Origin: Burkholderiales bacterium
GTDB lineage: Bacteria > Pseudomonadota > Gammaproteobacteria > Burkholderiales > SG8-41
Direction of reading: 5' to 3'
NCBI GenBank assembly: GCA_035649495.1
Contig: DASRJL010000211.1
Span: 7,713-71,712, forward strand
Length of the DNA: 64,000 nucleotides
Shown here in pieces: positions 9,514 through 23,963 of the stretch. Within the stretch, counting starts at the first letter, position 1, and each line of letters opens with the position of its first letter. The notes under the pieces were generated by a model, which was given only the letters and a program-made list of their open reading frames with translations, ran no database searches and was not told the DNA's origin. The position numbers and the translations under genes were made by a program.

Positions 9514-10976
9514 CTAACGCGGCAATTCGGACGATCCCATGAGGAACTCGTCGACCGCGCGGGCGCACTGGCGGCCTTCGCGTATGGCCCATACGACCAG
9601 CGACTGGCCGCGCCGCAGGTCGCCGGCGGCGAATACCTTGGCGGCCGAGGTGACGTAGGAACCCGGCCCATCGGTGGCCGCCTTGGCATTGCCGCGGTTG
9701 TCCTTCGTCACGCCAAACTCGTCGAGCAGCGATTGCACGGGGGAGACGAAACCCATGGCGAGAAGCACCAGGTCCGCGGGGAGCGTGAAGTCCGTGCCGG
9801 GCATCTCCGCCATCTTGCCGTCCTTCCACTCCAGGCGCACCGCCTTGATCGCCTTGACCTTGCCCTTGTCGCCGACAAACGCCTTGCTGGCGATGGCCCA
9901 GTCGCGCTTTACGCCTTCCTCGTGCGATGACGACGTGCGCAACCGCAGCGGCCAGTAAGGCCATGAGGGGTTATTGGGCGGATCGTCCGGCTTCGCCAGA
10001 AGTTCTATCTGGGTAACGGACTTGGCGCCATGCCGATTCGACGTGCCCACACAGTCGGAGCCGGTATCGCCGCCGCCGATGATCACGACGTGCTTGCCCG
10101 TCGCCCACAGGTCCGCCACGCCCTTGTCTCCCGCCACGCGCTGGTTCTGCAGGGGCAGGAATTCCATGGCGTAGTGGACGCCGTCGAGATCGCGGCCCGG
10201 CACCGGCAGATCGCGCGGCTGCTCGGCGCCGCCCGCCAGCACCACCGCGTCGAACTCGGCGAGCATGCTTTCCGCCGGGACGAACTCCACGGCCAGGTCC
10301 AGCACGCCGGAGCCCGGCGCCGTCGTTCCGGCGCGCACTCCCGGGCGAAACGTCACGCCCTCGGCCGCCATCTGCTGCATCCGGCGGTCGATCAGCCACT
10401 TCTCCATCTTGAAGTCGGGAATGCCGTAGCGCAGGAGCCCGCCGATGCGGTCGCTTTTCTCGAAAACGGTGACCGCATGTCCGGCGCGCGCGAGCTGCTG
10501 CGCGCAGGCGAGGCCGGCCGGGCCGGAGCCGACGACGGCCACTTTCTTGCCGGTGCGGCGCGCGGGCGGCTGCGGCTTGACCCACCCTTCCTCCCACGCC
10601 TTGTCGATGATCGCGTGCTCTATCGACTTGATGCCGACGGCGTCGTCGTTGATGCGCAGGACGCACGCCTCCTCACAGGGCGCGGGGCAGATGCGGCCGG
10701 TGAATTCCGGGAAGTTGTTGGTGGAGTGCAGCGTGTCGATCGCGCGCTTCCAGTCCTGCCGGTAGACGAGGTCGTTCCAGTCGGGAATGATGTTGTTGAC
10801 CGGGCAGCCGCTCATGCAGAACGGGATGCCGCAATCCATGCAGCGCGCACCCTGTACCGCAGCGGCTTCGTCCGACAGGCGGGGGATGAACTCGCGATAG
10901 TGCTGCTTGCGCGCGTCCTTGGGCTCGTACTGCTCCTCGACCCGCTCGTGCTCCAGAAATCCGGTGACTTTTCCCA

Positions 10977-10977
<1 letters not shown>
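9514..10977 (-). CDS. gltD: glutamate synthase (NADPH) small subunit
   Basis: Real N-terminus is [12 protein letters not shown]. Fe-S Cys clusters and the FAD/NAD GxGxxG motif ([12 protein letters not shown]) are present. ATG at 10977 overlaps the gltB TGA by 1 nt; the track ORF to 11577 is an out-of-frame read-through into gltB. Confidence 0.93.
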
Positions 10978-15626
<4,649 letters not shown>

Positions 15627-15798
15627 CGTGACCTCGAGTGAATCTCGTGATAACCCAACGGGTTGGCGCAAGAGTTGCTGCGGAGCAACAAACACCTGAC
15701 CCGCCGAGGGGAGCTTGGAAGTCTACCGGCTTATGCCTGACGCATCAACCGGTTGGAGGCAGAAGCAAGCACTAGCTAACCTGCGATGCCGGGATTCC

Positions 15799-16920
15799 CT
15801 AGGTTTCCTCGATCGCGAAGAGCCGCCGATGCTCCACTATGGCGTAGCGGTCGGTCATGCCCGCCACGTAGTCCGCGATGGCCCGCGGCGCGTCGTCCCG
15901 CGCGCGGTCCTGGAATTCCGGAGGCAGCAGGCGCGCGTCGGAGATGAATGCCTGGAAGAGCTCGCTCACGACCCGCCGCGCCTTCATGCTCATGCGCACC
16001 ACGCGGTAGTGGCGATAGAGGTGATCGTGCAGGAAGCGCTTCAGCTCCAGGCTTTCCTCGCGCACCGGCGGGCTGTACGCGATGAGGGGCGGCGCGCGGC
16101 GCACCTCTTCGACCGACCCGGGGGCGCCGGCGCGTATGCTCCGGTCGCTCGTGCGGATGAGATCGGTCACCAGGGTATCGATCATGCGGCGCACTGTCTC
16201 GTGGACCAGGCGCCTTCCTGTGAGCCTGGGGTACGCCTTGAGTGCTGCTTTCATGTGCCGCGCGAATATGCGCACGCCGGCCAGCTGTTCCAGGGTGATC
16301 AGGCCCGATCGCAGGCCGTCGTCGACGTCGTGGTTGTTGTAGGCGATCTCGTCGGCGATGTTGGCGAGCTGCGCTTCGAGCGAGGGCTGGCGGCGCCGGA
16401 TGAATCGCTCTCCCACCTCCCCGAGGAGGCGCGCGTTCCTGAGCGAGCAATGCTTGAGGATGCCCTCGCGGGTTTCGAACGTGAGGTTGAGGCCGTCGAA
16501 CGCGGCGTAGCGCTGCTCGAGGAGATCCACGACGCGCAGCGACTGCAGATTGTGCTCGAAGCCGCCGTAGGGCTTCATGCAGGCGTTCAGCGCATCCTGG
16601 CCTGAGTGGCCGAACGGGGTATGACCCAGGTCGTGGGCGAGCGCGATGGCCTCGGTCAGATCCTCGTCGAGGCCGAGGGAGCGCGCGACCGAGCGCGCGA
16701 TCTGGGCGACCTCCAGGCTGTGGGTGAGCCGCGTGCGGAACAGATCTCCTTCGTGATTGACGAATACCTGCGTCTTGTACTCGAGCCGCCGGAACGCGGT
16801 GGAATGGATGATGCGGTCGCGGTCGCGCTGGTATTCGCTGCGGCGCACTGGCGGCGGCTCGCGGTGGCGCCGCCCCCGGGAGTGCTCGGGGCGCGACGCA
16901 TACGGCGCGAGCTCACGCAT
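15799..16920 (-). CDS. dgt: deoxyguanosinetriphosphate triphosphohydrolase-like HD-domain protein
   Basis: 373 aa with HD-domain residues (RLTHSLEV...[10 protein letters not shown]) typical of dGTPase-like type 2 proteins. Overlaps the aroB stop by 8 nt. Confidence 0.85.
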   Translation of the reverse strand: MRELAPYASRPEHSRGRRHREPPPVRRSEYQRDRDRIIHSTAFRRLEYKTQVFVNHEGDLFRTRLTHSLEVAQIARSVARSLGLDEDLTEAIALAHDLGHTPFGHSGQDALNACMKPYGGFEHNLQSLRVVDLLEQRYAAFDGLNLTFETREGILKHCSLRNARLLGEVGERFIRRRQPSLEAQLANIADEIAYNNHDVDDGLRSGLITLEQLAGVRIFARHMKAALKAYPRLTGRRLVHETVRRMIDTLVTDLIRTSDRSIRAGAPGSVEEVRRAPPLIAYSPPVREESLELKRFLHDHLYRHYRVVRMSMKARRVVSELFQAFISDARLLPPEFQDRARDDAPRAIADYVAGMTDRYAIVEHRRLFAIEET

Positions 16921-17989
16921 GCGCCAGGACTGCGTCGAGGGCGGCTCGCGGCACCTCTGCGGAAATGAACGCCTCCCCGAGGCGCTTCACGAGTATGAAT
17001 CGCATGCGCCCGCCCTGCACCTTCTTGTCGTGGCCCATCAGCTCGAGGTAGCGTTCCACGCCCAGGTCGGGCGCTGCGGTCGGGAGCCCCGCCCGCGCCA
17101 GGAGCTCCGTGATGCGCTTCACCTCGGGCGCGCCGATCAGGTCGAGCTGCCGGGAGAGACGGGCAGCAAGCACCATGCCCGCCGCGACGGCTTCCCCGTG
17201 CAGCCATTCCCCATATCCCAGTGCGGTCTCGATGGCGTGCCCGAAGGTGTGGCCGTAGTTGAGCAGCGCGCGATCTCCCGTTTCGCGCTCGTCGCGCGCC
17301 ACGATGGCAGCCTTGATGGCGCAGGAGCGCTCGATCGCGTAGGTAAGCGCCTCGGCCTCGCGATTCAAGAGGCGGTCCATGTTGGCATCGAGCCAGTCGA
17401 AGAAGCCCGCGTCCTGGATGATCCCGTACTTCACCACCTCGGCGATGCCGGCCGCCAGCTCGCGCCGGGGGAGCGTCGCCAGCGTGTCGGTATCGGCCAC
17501 GACCGCGACCGGCTGGTAGAACGCGCCTATCATGTTCTTGCCCAGCGGATGGTTGACGGCGGTCTTGCCGCCCACGGCGGAATCGACCTGGGCGAGCAGC
17601 GTGGTGGGCACCTGTATGAACGGCACCCCGCGCTGGTAGACGGCGGCGGCGAAACCCGCGAGATCGCCGACTACGCCTCCGCCCAGGGCGATGACCGTGG
17701 TGCCGCGCTCGGAGCGGTTCTCGAGCAACGCATCGAAGATACCGTTTAACGTCTCCCAGCTCTTGTATTGCTCGCCGTCGGGGAGGGCGATTTCCATCAC
17801 CGTCACCCCGTGCTCCTCCAGGGCGCGGCGCAACGCCGCGGCATAGAGCGGGCCCACGGTTGAATTCGTGACGAGCGCCACTTTCTTCTGCCGCAGGCGG
17901 CCCACGATCAGGTCAGGGCGTGCGAGCAGCCCCGGCCCGATATGAATCGGGTAGCTGCGGCCCTCCAGCGCTACGGTCAAGGTCTGCAC
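16913..17989 (-). CDS. aroB: 3-dehydroquinate synthase
   Basis: 358 aa with the NAD-binding [14 protein letters not shown] motif and metal-binding HTFGHA and HGEAVA motifs. Confidence 0.95.
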   Translation of the reverse strand: MQTLTVALEGRSYPIHIGPGLLARPDLIVGRLRQKKVALVTNSTVGPLYAAALRRALEEHGVTVMEIALPDGEQYKSWETLNGIFDALLENRSERGTTVIALGGGVVGDLAGFAAAVYQRGVPFIQVPTTLLAQVDSAVGGKTAVNHPLGKNMIGAFYQPVAVVADTDTLATLPRRELAAGIAEVVKYGIIQDAGFFDWLDANMDRLLNREAEALTYAIERSCAIKAAIVARDERETGDRALLNYGHTFGHAIETALGYGEWLHGEAVAAGMVLAARLSRQLDLIGAPEVKRITELLARAGLPTAAPDLGVERYLELMGHDKKVQGGRMRFILVKRLGEAFISAEVPRAALDAVLAHA

Positions 17990-18006
17990 GGGTGCGCGCC
18001 CCCCTG

Positions 18007-18615
18007 TCAGCCCGCGGGGGCAGGGCTGTCCGAGGGCCTTGCCGCGCCGGCCTCGAACTCGCCCAGCCTGCGTTCGAGCCTGTGCACGAGGCTGCCCGGG
18101 CTCTGGTCGCCCGTATCGATGATGATGTGTGCTACTTCACGGTAGAGCGGATCGCGCTCGGCGTAGAGCCGCTCCAGCGTCGCGAGGGGCTCTCCAGACC
18201 GGAGCAGCGGACGGTTCCGATCGTGGCGAGTGCGGTTCCACAGGTCGGCCACTGCCGCCCGCAGATAGATCACGATGCCGTTCTCGGCCAGCAGTTTTCG
18301 GTTCTGCGGGGAGAGCACCGCCCCCCCGCCGGTGGCGAGGACGATATTGCCGCCTCGCACCAGCTCGGACAGCATCCGCGCTTCGCGGGCGCGGAAGCCC
18401 GCCTCCCCCTCGATCTCGAAGATCACGGGAATCCTGACTCCCGTCGCGCGCTCGATCTCCTGGTCGGAGTCGAAAAAAGCCTTGCCGAGGCGCTTCGCGA
18501 GCAACCGCCCGATCGAAGTCTTGCCGGCGCCCATCAGGCCCACGAGGAAGACGTTCTCGCCGGCGTGCGCGCCGCGCTCCTGCCCGACCCCCGATCCTGA
18601 CCGTGCCTCATCCAT
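18007..18615 (-). CDS. aroK: shikimate kinase
   Basis: Walker [12 protein letters not shown] and conserved ATGGG. Has a roughly 20-aa N-terminal extension relative to typical AroK, so the start may be slightly downstream. Confidence 0.9.
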   Translation of the reverse strand: MDEARSGSGVGQERGAHAGENVFLVGLMGAGKTSIGRLLAKRLGKAFFDSDQEIERATGVRIPVIFEIEGEAGFRAREARMLSELVRGGNIVLATGGGAVLSPQNRKLLAENGIVIYLRAAVADLWNRTRHDRNRPLLRSGEPLATLERLYAERDPLYREVAHIIIDTGDQSPGSLVHRLERRLGEFEAGAARPSDSPAPAG

Positions 18616-18631
18616 GGGCCGATTTTAGACC

Positions 18632-18659
18632 AAAAAAAAGCGGCCCCAACCGGGGCCGC
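18632..18659 (-). terminator. Rho-independent terminator downstream of pilQ
   Basis: On the minus strand a GCGGCCCC/GGGGCCGC 8-bp GC stem is followed by an 8-U tract (A8 at 18632..18639 on +), 25 nt after the pilQ stop. Confidence 0.75.
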
Positions 18660-18683
18660 CCTTGATTTTGCCCGCCCAGCCGG

Positions 18684-20795
18684 CTACTGAGCCAGGTTCA
18701 GGCCGTCCTTGATGATCTTGGGGGTGATGAAGATCAAGAGCTCGTTCCGGTTGTCGACCTTCAGGTTCTGCTTGAACAGGAACCCGACGTAGGGCAGATC
18801 GCCCAGCACCGGCACCTTGTTGGTCGTCGAGCTCTCTTCCTGGGTGTAGATGCCGCCGATCACGACCGTTCCGCCGTTTTCGACCAGCACCTCGGTCACG
18901 ATCTGCTTGGTGTCGATCGAGGGGCCGGCGAGCGTGACCTGGCCGACGCTGTCCTTGTGCACGTTCAGGTTCATGATCACCTTGTCGTCGGGGGTGATCT
19001 GGGGCTTGACCTTCAACGAGAGCGTCGCTTTCTTGAACGATACGCTCGTTGCACCGCTGGAGGTCGCCTGCTGGTACGGGATTTCAGTACCCTGCTCTAT
19101 CGTGGCCTCGATCTGATCGGCCGTGATCACGCGCGGGCTGGAGATGATCTTGCCCTTGTTGTCGGCCTGCAGCGCGGTCAGTTCGAGATTCAGGAACTTG
19201 GTCGCCTTGTCGTTGAACAGCAGCACCGAGAAAACGCCGGCGGGCGGACTGGTCAAAGCCGGCAGGTTCACCGACAGGCTGTCCGTGAACGCCGCCGCGT
19301 CGGCCGCCTGTCCCGACGTGAAACCGGTGGAACTCAAGGCTCCCCCGGTCAGTCCGCGGACTGCTCCGCCGCCCGAGCCGATCTTGAAGCCCTGGCCCGT
19401 GGTGTCGTTATAGCCCAGTCGCGCGCCGAGGTTGCGGCTGAAGCGGTCGGTCGCCTCCACGATCCGCGATTCGATCATCACCTGCCGCACCGGGATGTCC
19501 ACCCGCTGGACCAGCCTGCGCACCTCCTCCAGCCGCGAGGGCGTGTCCTGCACGAAGAGGGTGTTGGTGCGCGTATCCACCACGGCGCTGCCGCGCTTGG
19601 ACAGCACGCGCTGCTGCGGATCCGACAAGAGCTTCTGCATGTCGGCCGCTTTCTGGTAGTTCAGCTGGAAGCTCTCGGTGCGCGTCGGCTCCAGGTCGGC
19701 GATCTGGTTCTTCGCCTCGAGCGCGAGCTTCTCGCGCGTGGCGAGCTCCTCCCGCGGCGCGATCCAGACCACGTTGCCCGTCTTGCGCATGTCGAGGCCC
19801 TTGCTCTGCAGGATGATGTCGAGCGCCTGGTCCCACGGCACGTCCTTCAGGCGCAGCGTCAGGTTGCCCTGCACCGTATCGCTGGTGATGATGTTGAGCC
19901 CCGTGAAATCCGCGATAACCTGCAGCACGGCGCGCACTTCCACGCTCTGGAAATCGAGCGAGAGCTTCTCGCCGACGAAGCCCGGGCGCACCAGGCGGTT
20001 CGGGTCCTCGATCTGCTGCTTCACCTCGATGATGAAGCGGTTGTCGGTCTGGTAGGCGGTGTGCTCCCAGGTGCCACGCGGCTCGATGACCAGGCGCGCG
20101 CCGGCGCCCTGGCTGAAGGCGTCCACCGTCTGCACCGGGGTGCCGAAATCGGTCACGTCGAGCCGCCGCTCCAGGTTCTTGGGGAGCGCCGTGTTGATGA
20201 AATCGACGACGATGGACCGGCCCTGGACCTTGAGGTCGATGCCGACCGCGCTGTCGGAGAGATCAACCACGATACGGCCTTCGCCGGCTGCGCCGCGACG
20301 GAAATCGACGTTGCGCACGCCGTGGCGCCCGTCGGCTGCCCGCGGCTCGGCGAAATGGGTGGTGATGCCCGAGGGACCCGCGGCGGCGGCGGAGCCCTGC
20401 AGCGTGATGAGGAGCGTCTTGCCTTCGATCTGAGTGTCGTAGGAGAGCGCGCGCGCGAGATTCAGCACGACGCGCGTGCGCTCGCCCGCCTGCACGACGT
20501 TGATGCTGCGCAGATCGCCCTCGCCGATCTCCTGGGTGCCGCGCGCCAGGCTGCTTCCCGTGTTGGGGAAATCGAAGGCGATGCGCGGCGGATTGTTGAT
20601 GGTGAACCCGGCGGGAGGATTCGCCGGCGCCTCCTTCATCGACACCCTGATGACGACCTTGCCGCCGCTCTGGGAGGACGCGTTGATCGCCTCGATGGCG
20701 TTCGCCTGCGCGTGCGCGGCAAGGCTCGCCGCGGACAGGATGAGCGCGAGCCACGCATGGACGAGCGACGTGATGAGTCTGGTTGGGAACTTCAT
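18684..20795 (-). CDS. pilQ: type IV pilus secretin PilQ
   Basis: 703 aa with signal peptide, AMIN-like N-terminal repeats and a C-terminal secretin domain (VPVLGDLPYVGFLFK). Last gene of the pilMNOPQ cluster. Confidence 0.95.
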   Translation of the reverse strand: MKFPTRLITSLVHAWLALILSAASLAAHAQANAIEAINASSQSGGKVVIRVSMKEAPANPPAGFTINNPPRIAFDFPNTGSSLARGTQEIGEGDLRSINVVQAGERTRVVLNLARALSYDTQIEGKTLLITLQGSAAAAGPSGITTHFAEPRAADGRHGVRNVDFRRGAAGEGRIVVDLSDSAVGIDLKVQGRSIVVDFINTALPKNLERRLDVTDFGTPVQTVDAFSQGAGARLVIEPRGTWEHTAYQTDNRFIIEVKQQIEDPNRLVRPGFVGEKLSLDFQSVEVRAVLQVIADFTGLNIITSDTVQGNLTLRLKDVPWDQALDIILQSKGLDMRKTGNVVWIAPREELATREKLALEAKNQIADLEPTRTESFQLNYQKAADMQKLLSDPQQRVLSKRGSAVVDTRTNTLFVQDTPSRLEEVRRLVQRVDIPVRQVMIESRIVEATDRFSRNLGARLGYNDTTGQGFKIGSGGGAVRGLTGGALSSTGFTSGQAADAAAFTDSLSVNLPALTSPPAGVFSVLLFNDKATKFLNLELTALQADNKGKIISSPRVITADQIEATIEQGTEIPYQQATSSGATSVSFKKATLSLKVKPQITPDDKVIMNLNVHKDSVGQVTLAGPSIDTKQIVTEVLVENGGTVVIGGIYTQEESSTTNKVPVLGDLPYVGFLFKQNLKVDNRNELLIFITPKIIKDGLNLAQ

Positions 20796-20810
20796 AGCAC
20801 TACCCTCCTG

Positions 20811-21350
20811 TTATCCTTCCTGCAGCAGCAGCGCGCGGTCTTCTTCCTTCCATTCCCCGCCGCTGTCCTGGACCAGTTCCTTCAACTTGATGCCGGATTC
20901 GGAAATCTCGATGATGCGGCCGAAGTTCTGTCCGACGAAATTGCCCGGCTTGACGCGGAAGAGGCGATTGTCCGGCGTCTTGACGAGCGCGAAGATCTCC
21001 TTCTTCTGCTGCAGCGTGCCGACCATCTTGAGGTTTTCCAGCGGGTAGGCCTCGAGCGGCTCCTTGCGCCGGTTGGGATCCGGGGGCCTGATGCCCCCCG
21101 CGACCGCGGCGGCCTTCGGCGCCTGGATCTGGCGCGGCTTGAACGGGTCGGTCAGATCGTAGGCGTTGTAGGTGAACGGCTCGTAGGGCTGCACCTCGGG
21201 GAGCGGCGGAATCCGCCCGCGCGGCAAGTCGTCGGATTTCTTGACGAACTCCCTCAGATCCGCGTGCTGCTCGCCGCCGCATCCCGCGAGAGCAAACACG
21301 AACGTCGGCACGATGAGCGACAGCACGAATCTCGAAGTGATGCGCTTCAT
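20811..21350 (-). CDS. pilP: type IV pilus assembly lipoprotein PilP
   Basis: 179 aa with lipobox FALAGC, in the conserved position between pilO and pilQ. Confidence 0.88.
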   Translation of the reverse strand: MKRITSRFVLSLIVPTFVFALAGCGGEQHADLREFVKKSDDLPRGRIPPLPEVQPYEPFTYNAYDLTDPFKPRQIQAPKAAAVAGGIRPPDPNRRKEPLEAYPLENLKMVGTLQQKKEIFALVKTPDNRLFRVKPGNFVGQNFGRIIEISESGIKLKELVQDSGGEWKEEDRALLLQEG

Positions 21351-21997
21351 TTCTTACCGCCCTTCTTGGCGGCCGCGGCGGCCTTGCGCTGAGACGCGAT
21401 CTCTTCCTCGTCCAGGTAACGGAAGGTCTTGGCAGTGGCATCCATCACCAGGCCGGGGTCCTTGCCGGCCCCCGTCGATAGCGCGATGTCGTTCAAGGTG
21501 ACGATGCGCGAGAGCTTGCCGATATCGCTCGCGAACGCGCCCAGGTCGTGATAGTTGCCGGTCACCTTGATCGTGATCGGCAGCTCGGCGTAGAAATCGC
21601 GCTGTATCTCGCCCGAGGCGGGCCTGAACAGCTCGAACTGGAGACCCCGCCCCAGTCCCGCCTGGTTGATGTCGGTCAGGAGCGCGTCCATCTCCGACTT
21701 GCCGGGAAGCTGCTTCAGGAGCGCGCCGAACTGCTTCTCGATGTCCTGGAGCTGCTTGCGGTAGGCCGGCAGGTCGATCGCCTGCTTCTTCTTGTCGAGG
21801 AAGGTCGTGCGCAGCTGCTCTTCCTTCGCCTCCTCGCCCTTGATCTTGTCGTACTGGTCCTGCCAGTCGAAGTACCATCCCGCCGTGACGATCAACGCCA
21901 GCACCACGACCAGGACACTCAGCCTGACGACGATCGGCGCGGAGCCGATCCGCTTCGGATCCAGGTAGCGCTTGAGGTCTTCGGATGTCATCGCCAT
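21347..21997 (-). CDS. pilO: type IV pilus inner-membrane alignment protein PilO
   Basis: 216 aa with a single TM helix and coiled-coil region. Position and size fit PilO; 4-nt overlap with pilP. Confidence 0.88.
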   Translation of the reverse strand: MAMTSEDLKRYLDPKRIGSAPIVVRLSVLVVVLALIVTAGWYFDWQDQYDKIKGEEAKEEQLRTTFLDKKKQAIDLPAYRKQLQDIEKQFGALLKQLPGKSEMDALLTDINQAGLGRGLQFELFRPASGEIQRDFYAELPITIKVTGNYHDLGAFASDIGKLSRIVTLNDIALSTGAGKDPGLVMDATAKTFRYLDEEEIASQRKAAAAAKKGGKK

Positions 21998-22003
21998 GGC
22001 GCG

Positions 22004-22609
22004 CTACCCCTTGACTTCCGGTTTCGGGGCCGGCTTTCCGCCCGCCTTCTTCGCGTCGGCCTCGGGCTGCTGGCGGGTGATGTTGATGTTCATGGTGAAC
22101 TCGTTCAGGCGCTGGTTGCCGACCGGCGTCGCCTTGATCTCGACCAGTCCGGGACTCTCCAGGTTGGGCGAGGACTCGAGGTTGCGCATCAGCGTGGAAA
22201 CACGCGCCTGCGACTGCGTGAAGCCGGTTATCGACACCTTCTGGCCGGTCTGCTTGATGCCCTTCAGGTAGACGCCGTCGGGCAGCTGCCGCACCAGCTG
22301 GTCGAGCAGGTGCACGACCTCCGAGCGGTTCGCCTGCAGCGTTTCCACCACGTTCTTGCGGGCGAGCAGCGCCGCGGTCTGCTCCTTGACCTTGTTGATC
22401 TCCTCGATCTGCTTGTCGACCTTGGCGATCTCCTCGGTCAGGTAGGCATTGCGGCTCTGCTGCTCCTCGAACTGCTGGACGAGGGTGTAGTGCACGAATC
22501 CCACGATGGCGGCGCCGATGGCCACGAAGATCCCGAATGCGATGAAAAATTGCTGCTGCTGCAGCTTGCGCCGGATCTCGCGGTGGGGGAGAAGGTTGAT
22601 GCGCATCAT
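22004..22609 (-). CDS. pilN: type IV pilus alignment protein PilN
   Basis: Begins MMRINLLPHREIRR, the conserved PilN N-terminal INLLP motif that binds PilM, followed by a TM helix. Confidence 0.9.
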   Translation of the reverse strand: MMRINLLPHREIRRKLQQQQFFIAFGIFVAIGAAIVGFVHYTLVQQFEEQQSRNAYLTEEIAKVDKQIEEINKVKEQTAALLARKNVVETLQANRSEVVHLLDQLVRQLPDGVYLKGIKQTGQKVSITGFTQSQARVSTLMRNLESSPNLESPGLVEIKATPVGNQRLNEFTMNINITRQQPEADAKKAGGKPAPKPEVKG

Positions 22610-23712
22610 GGATCGAATCTCCGCATCGCCAGGCCGCAGGCCACCATCAGCGACGGCGCATCCTGCGTCAGGTTCTTGGGTCGGATCTTGGAAGACACCG
22701 CCATGTTGGTGAAGGGGTTCGCGACCACCGTGTTCACCTGCGTGCGCTTGTTGACCGACTCATCGACGCCCGGCAGCGCCGCGCAGCCGCCGGAGAGCAC
22801 CAGGTGATTGACCTGGTTGAACTGGGTAGACGTGAAGAAGAACTGCAGGGCGCGCGCCACCTCCAGCCCCAGCATGTCCATGAACGGATGCAGCACCTCG
22901 GACTCGTAGTTCTCGGGCAGCCCGCCGGCCCGCTTCGCCGCTTCCGCCTCTTCGGGAGACAGCCCGAAGCGGTTCTGGATCTCCAGGGTGAGCTGGTTGC
23001 CGCCGAAGGGCTGCTCGCGCATGTAGATCGACTGGTCGTTGCGCAGCACGTTCACCGCCATGACCGTCGCGCCGATGTCGATCATGGCGATGTTCTGGTC
23101 CTTGCCCTTCTCGGGAAACTGGTCCTCGATCAGCTCGAAGGCGGTCTGCGCCGCGAACACGTCGACGTCCATGACCGTCGTCTTCAGGCCCGCCTGCTCC
23201 GCGGCCGCCACGCGGTCCTCGATCTTCTCCTTGCGCGAGGCCGCGATCAGGACCTCCACGTCGTCCGGGCTGTTGGGGGCCGGGCCCAGCACCTGGAAGT
23301 CGAGATTCACCTCGTCGAGGGCGAACGGAATATACTGGTTGGCCTCGGTCGCGACGGCGAGCTCAAGGTCTTCCTCGCGCTGGCCGGCGGGCACCAGTAT
23401 CCGCTTGCTGATGACCGCCGCGTTGGGTAGCGCAAGCGCGAGGTTCTTGACGTTGCTGCCGAGGCGCTTGTGCGCGCGCTTGAGCGCATCGCTGACGGCG
23501 TCGATATTGTTGATGTTGCCTTCCACTACGGAGTCCTTGGGCAACGGCTCGACCGCATAGCGCTCAACGCGATAAATGCCCTTGCCTGCCTCCATGATTT
23601 CCACCATCTTGATCGCGGACGAACTGATGTCCGTACCGATCAAAGGCGGCATCTTGGCCTTGAACAGGCGCTCCAGCGCGTCGAAATTAATGTTAAATTT
23701 CCCTTTGGCCAT
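22606..23712 (-). CDS. pilM: type IV pilus assembly ATPase-like protein PilM
   Basis: 368 aa actin/FtsA-like fold. First gene of pilMNOPQ, divergent from ponA as in Pseudomonas. Confidence 0.92.
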   Translation of the reverse strand: MAKGKFNINFDALERLFKAKMPPLIGTDISSSAIKMVEIMEAGKGIYRVERYAVEPLPKDSVVEGNINNIDAVSDALKRAHKRLGSNVKNLALALPNAAVISKRILVPAGQREEDLELAVATEANQYIPFALDEVNLDFQVLGPAPNSPDDVEVLIAASRKEKIEDRVAAAEQAGLKTTVMDVDVFAAQTAFELIEDQFPEKGKDQNIAMIDIGATVMAVNVLRNDQSIYMREQPFGGNQLTLEIQNRFGLSPEEAEAAKRAGGLPENYESEVLHPFMDMLGLEVARALQFFFTSTQFNQVNHLVLSGGCAALPGVDESVNKRTQVNTVVANPFTNMAVSSKIRPKNLTQDAPSLMVACGLAMRRFDP

Positions 23713-23963
23713 AAATGTATGGGGACACTATCCCATTATTTACATTAAATGCTATCAACAACTATTTTTGATGTAAAGCGTTTCATCGTTTTGTGCCATC
23801 CGGGAACCCAATATAATGTCGCGGTCTGATTACGCATCGTACGTACCTATAGCGTACCGCTCGCTCTGGCGGGTCTATGTGGGAGGCGCACCGTGACGCA
23901 GTCCCGCAGGCAGGGCCTAACCTGTTGCTTTAATACAACACTCTTGCCGTAACGGGCACCCGA
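23713..23963. promoter_or_regulatory. divergent pilM / ponA promoter region
   Basis: 251-nt AT-enriched spacer between divergent genes. A perfect TATAAT lies on + at 23812..23817, with a weak TTGTGC-like -35 about 15-17 nt upstream. Confidence 0.5.

Noticed and set aside
18957-21392. 811-aa + strand ORF opposite pilQ/pilP/pilO
   Set aside because: It spans three well-supported pil genes on the other strand and crosses their boundaries. It has no motifs and an Arg/Leu/Asp/His-rich composition, so it is a high-GC antisense artefact.
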